NCBI GenBank assembly: GCA_000708835.1
Contig: DF237202.1
Location: 57,540-121,539, forward strand
Source of the DNA: Klebsormidium nitens
Taxonomy: Eukaryota > Plantae > Klebsormidiophyceae
Direction: 5' to 3'
Length of the DNA stretch: 64,000 nucleotides
Shown here: piece after piece, positions 63,992 to 64,000 of the stretch
Numbering within the stretch: position 1 is the stretch's first letter
Layout of the letters: each line of letters starts with the position of its first letter
Notes under the pieces: generated by a model
Database searches by the model: none
What the model was told of the DNA's origin: nothing
What the model saw: only the letters and a program-made list of their open reading frames with translations
Position numbers and translations under genes: made by a program

Positions 63992-64000
63992 GTTCTAGGA

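Noticed and set aside
1-64000. rRNA/tRNA genes and frequent TGACGTCA motifs as regulatory sites
   Set aside because: No recognisable structural RNA genes. Most TGACGTCA hits fall in coding GAC-GTC contexts.

Overview
Eukaryotic, intron-rich genomic DNA, not prokaryotic: GT-AG introns, GC3-rich exons, MITEs and one 383-N assembly gap. Gene content and intron style suggest a streptophyte alga such as Klebsormidium (inference). Six genes were reconstructed by hand with phase-consistent splice junctions. (1) A heme-oxygenase-like diiron (HDO) enzyme with a transit-peptide-like N-terminus (-, 2973-6699). (2) A divergently transcribed GNAT-like protein, also with a transit-peptide-like N-terminus (+, 8490-11133). 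(3) A type I surface protein with 2 IPT/TIG domains, collagen-like Gly-X-Pro repeats, a bacterial-surface-protein-like domain and a TM helix (-, 19421-27028). (4) A DRM-type cytosine methyltransferase with an unusual RFTS-UBA-Tudor N-terminus (-, 35832-44636). (5) A DUF7796-like type II membrane protein with a methyltransferase-like C-terminal extension (+, 46775-50822). (6) An ARM protein ending in a U-box/half-RING domain (+, at least 54188-61259). Intergenic and intronic DNA holds CACTA-, Tc1/mariner- and hAT-type non-autonomous elements, small tandem repeats, decayed coding remnants and repeated intronic echo copies of splice junctions. All family assignments come from motifs recognised by eye; no searches were run.
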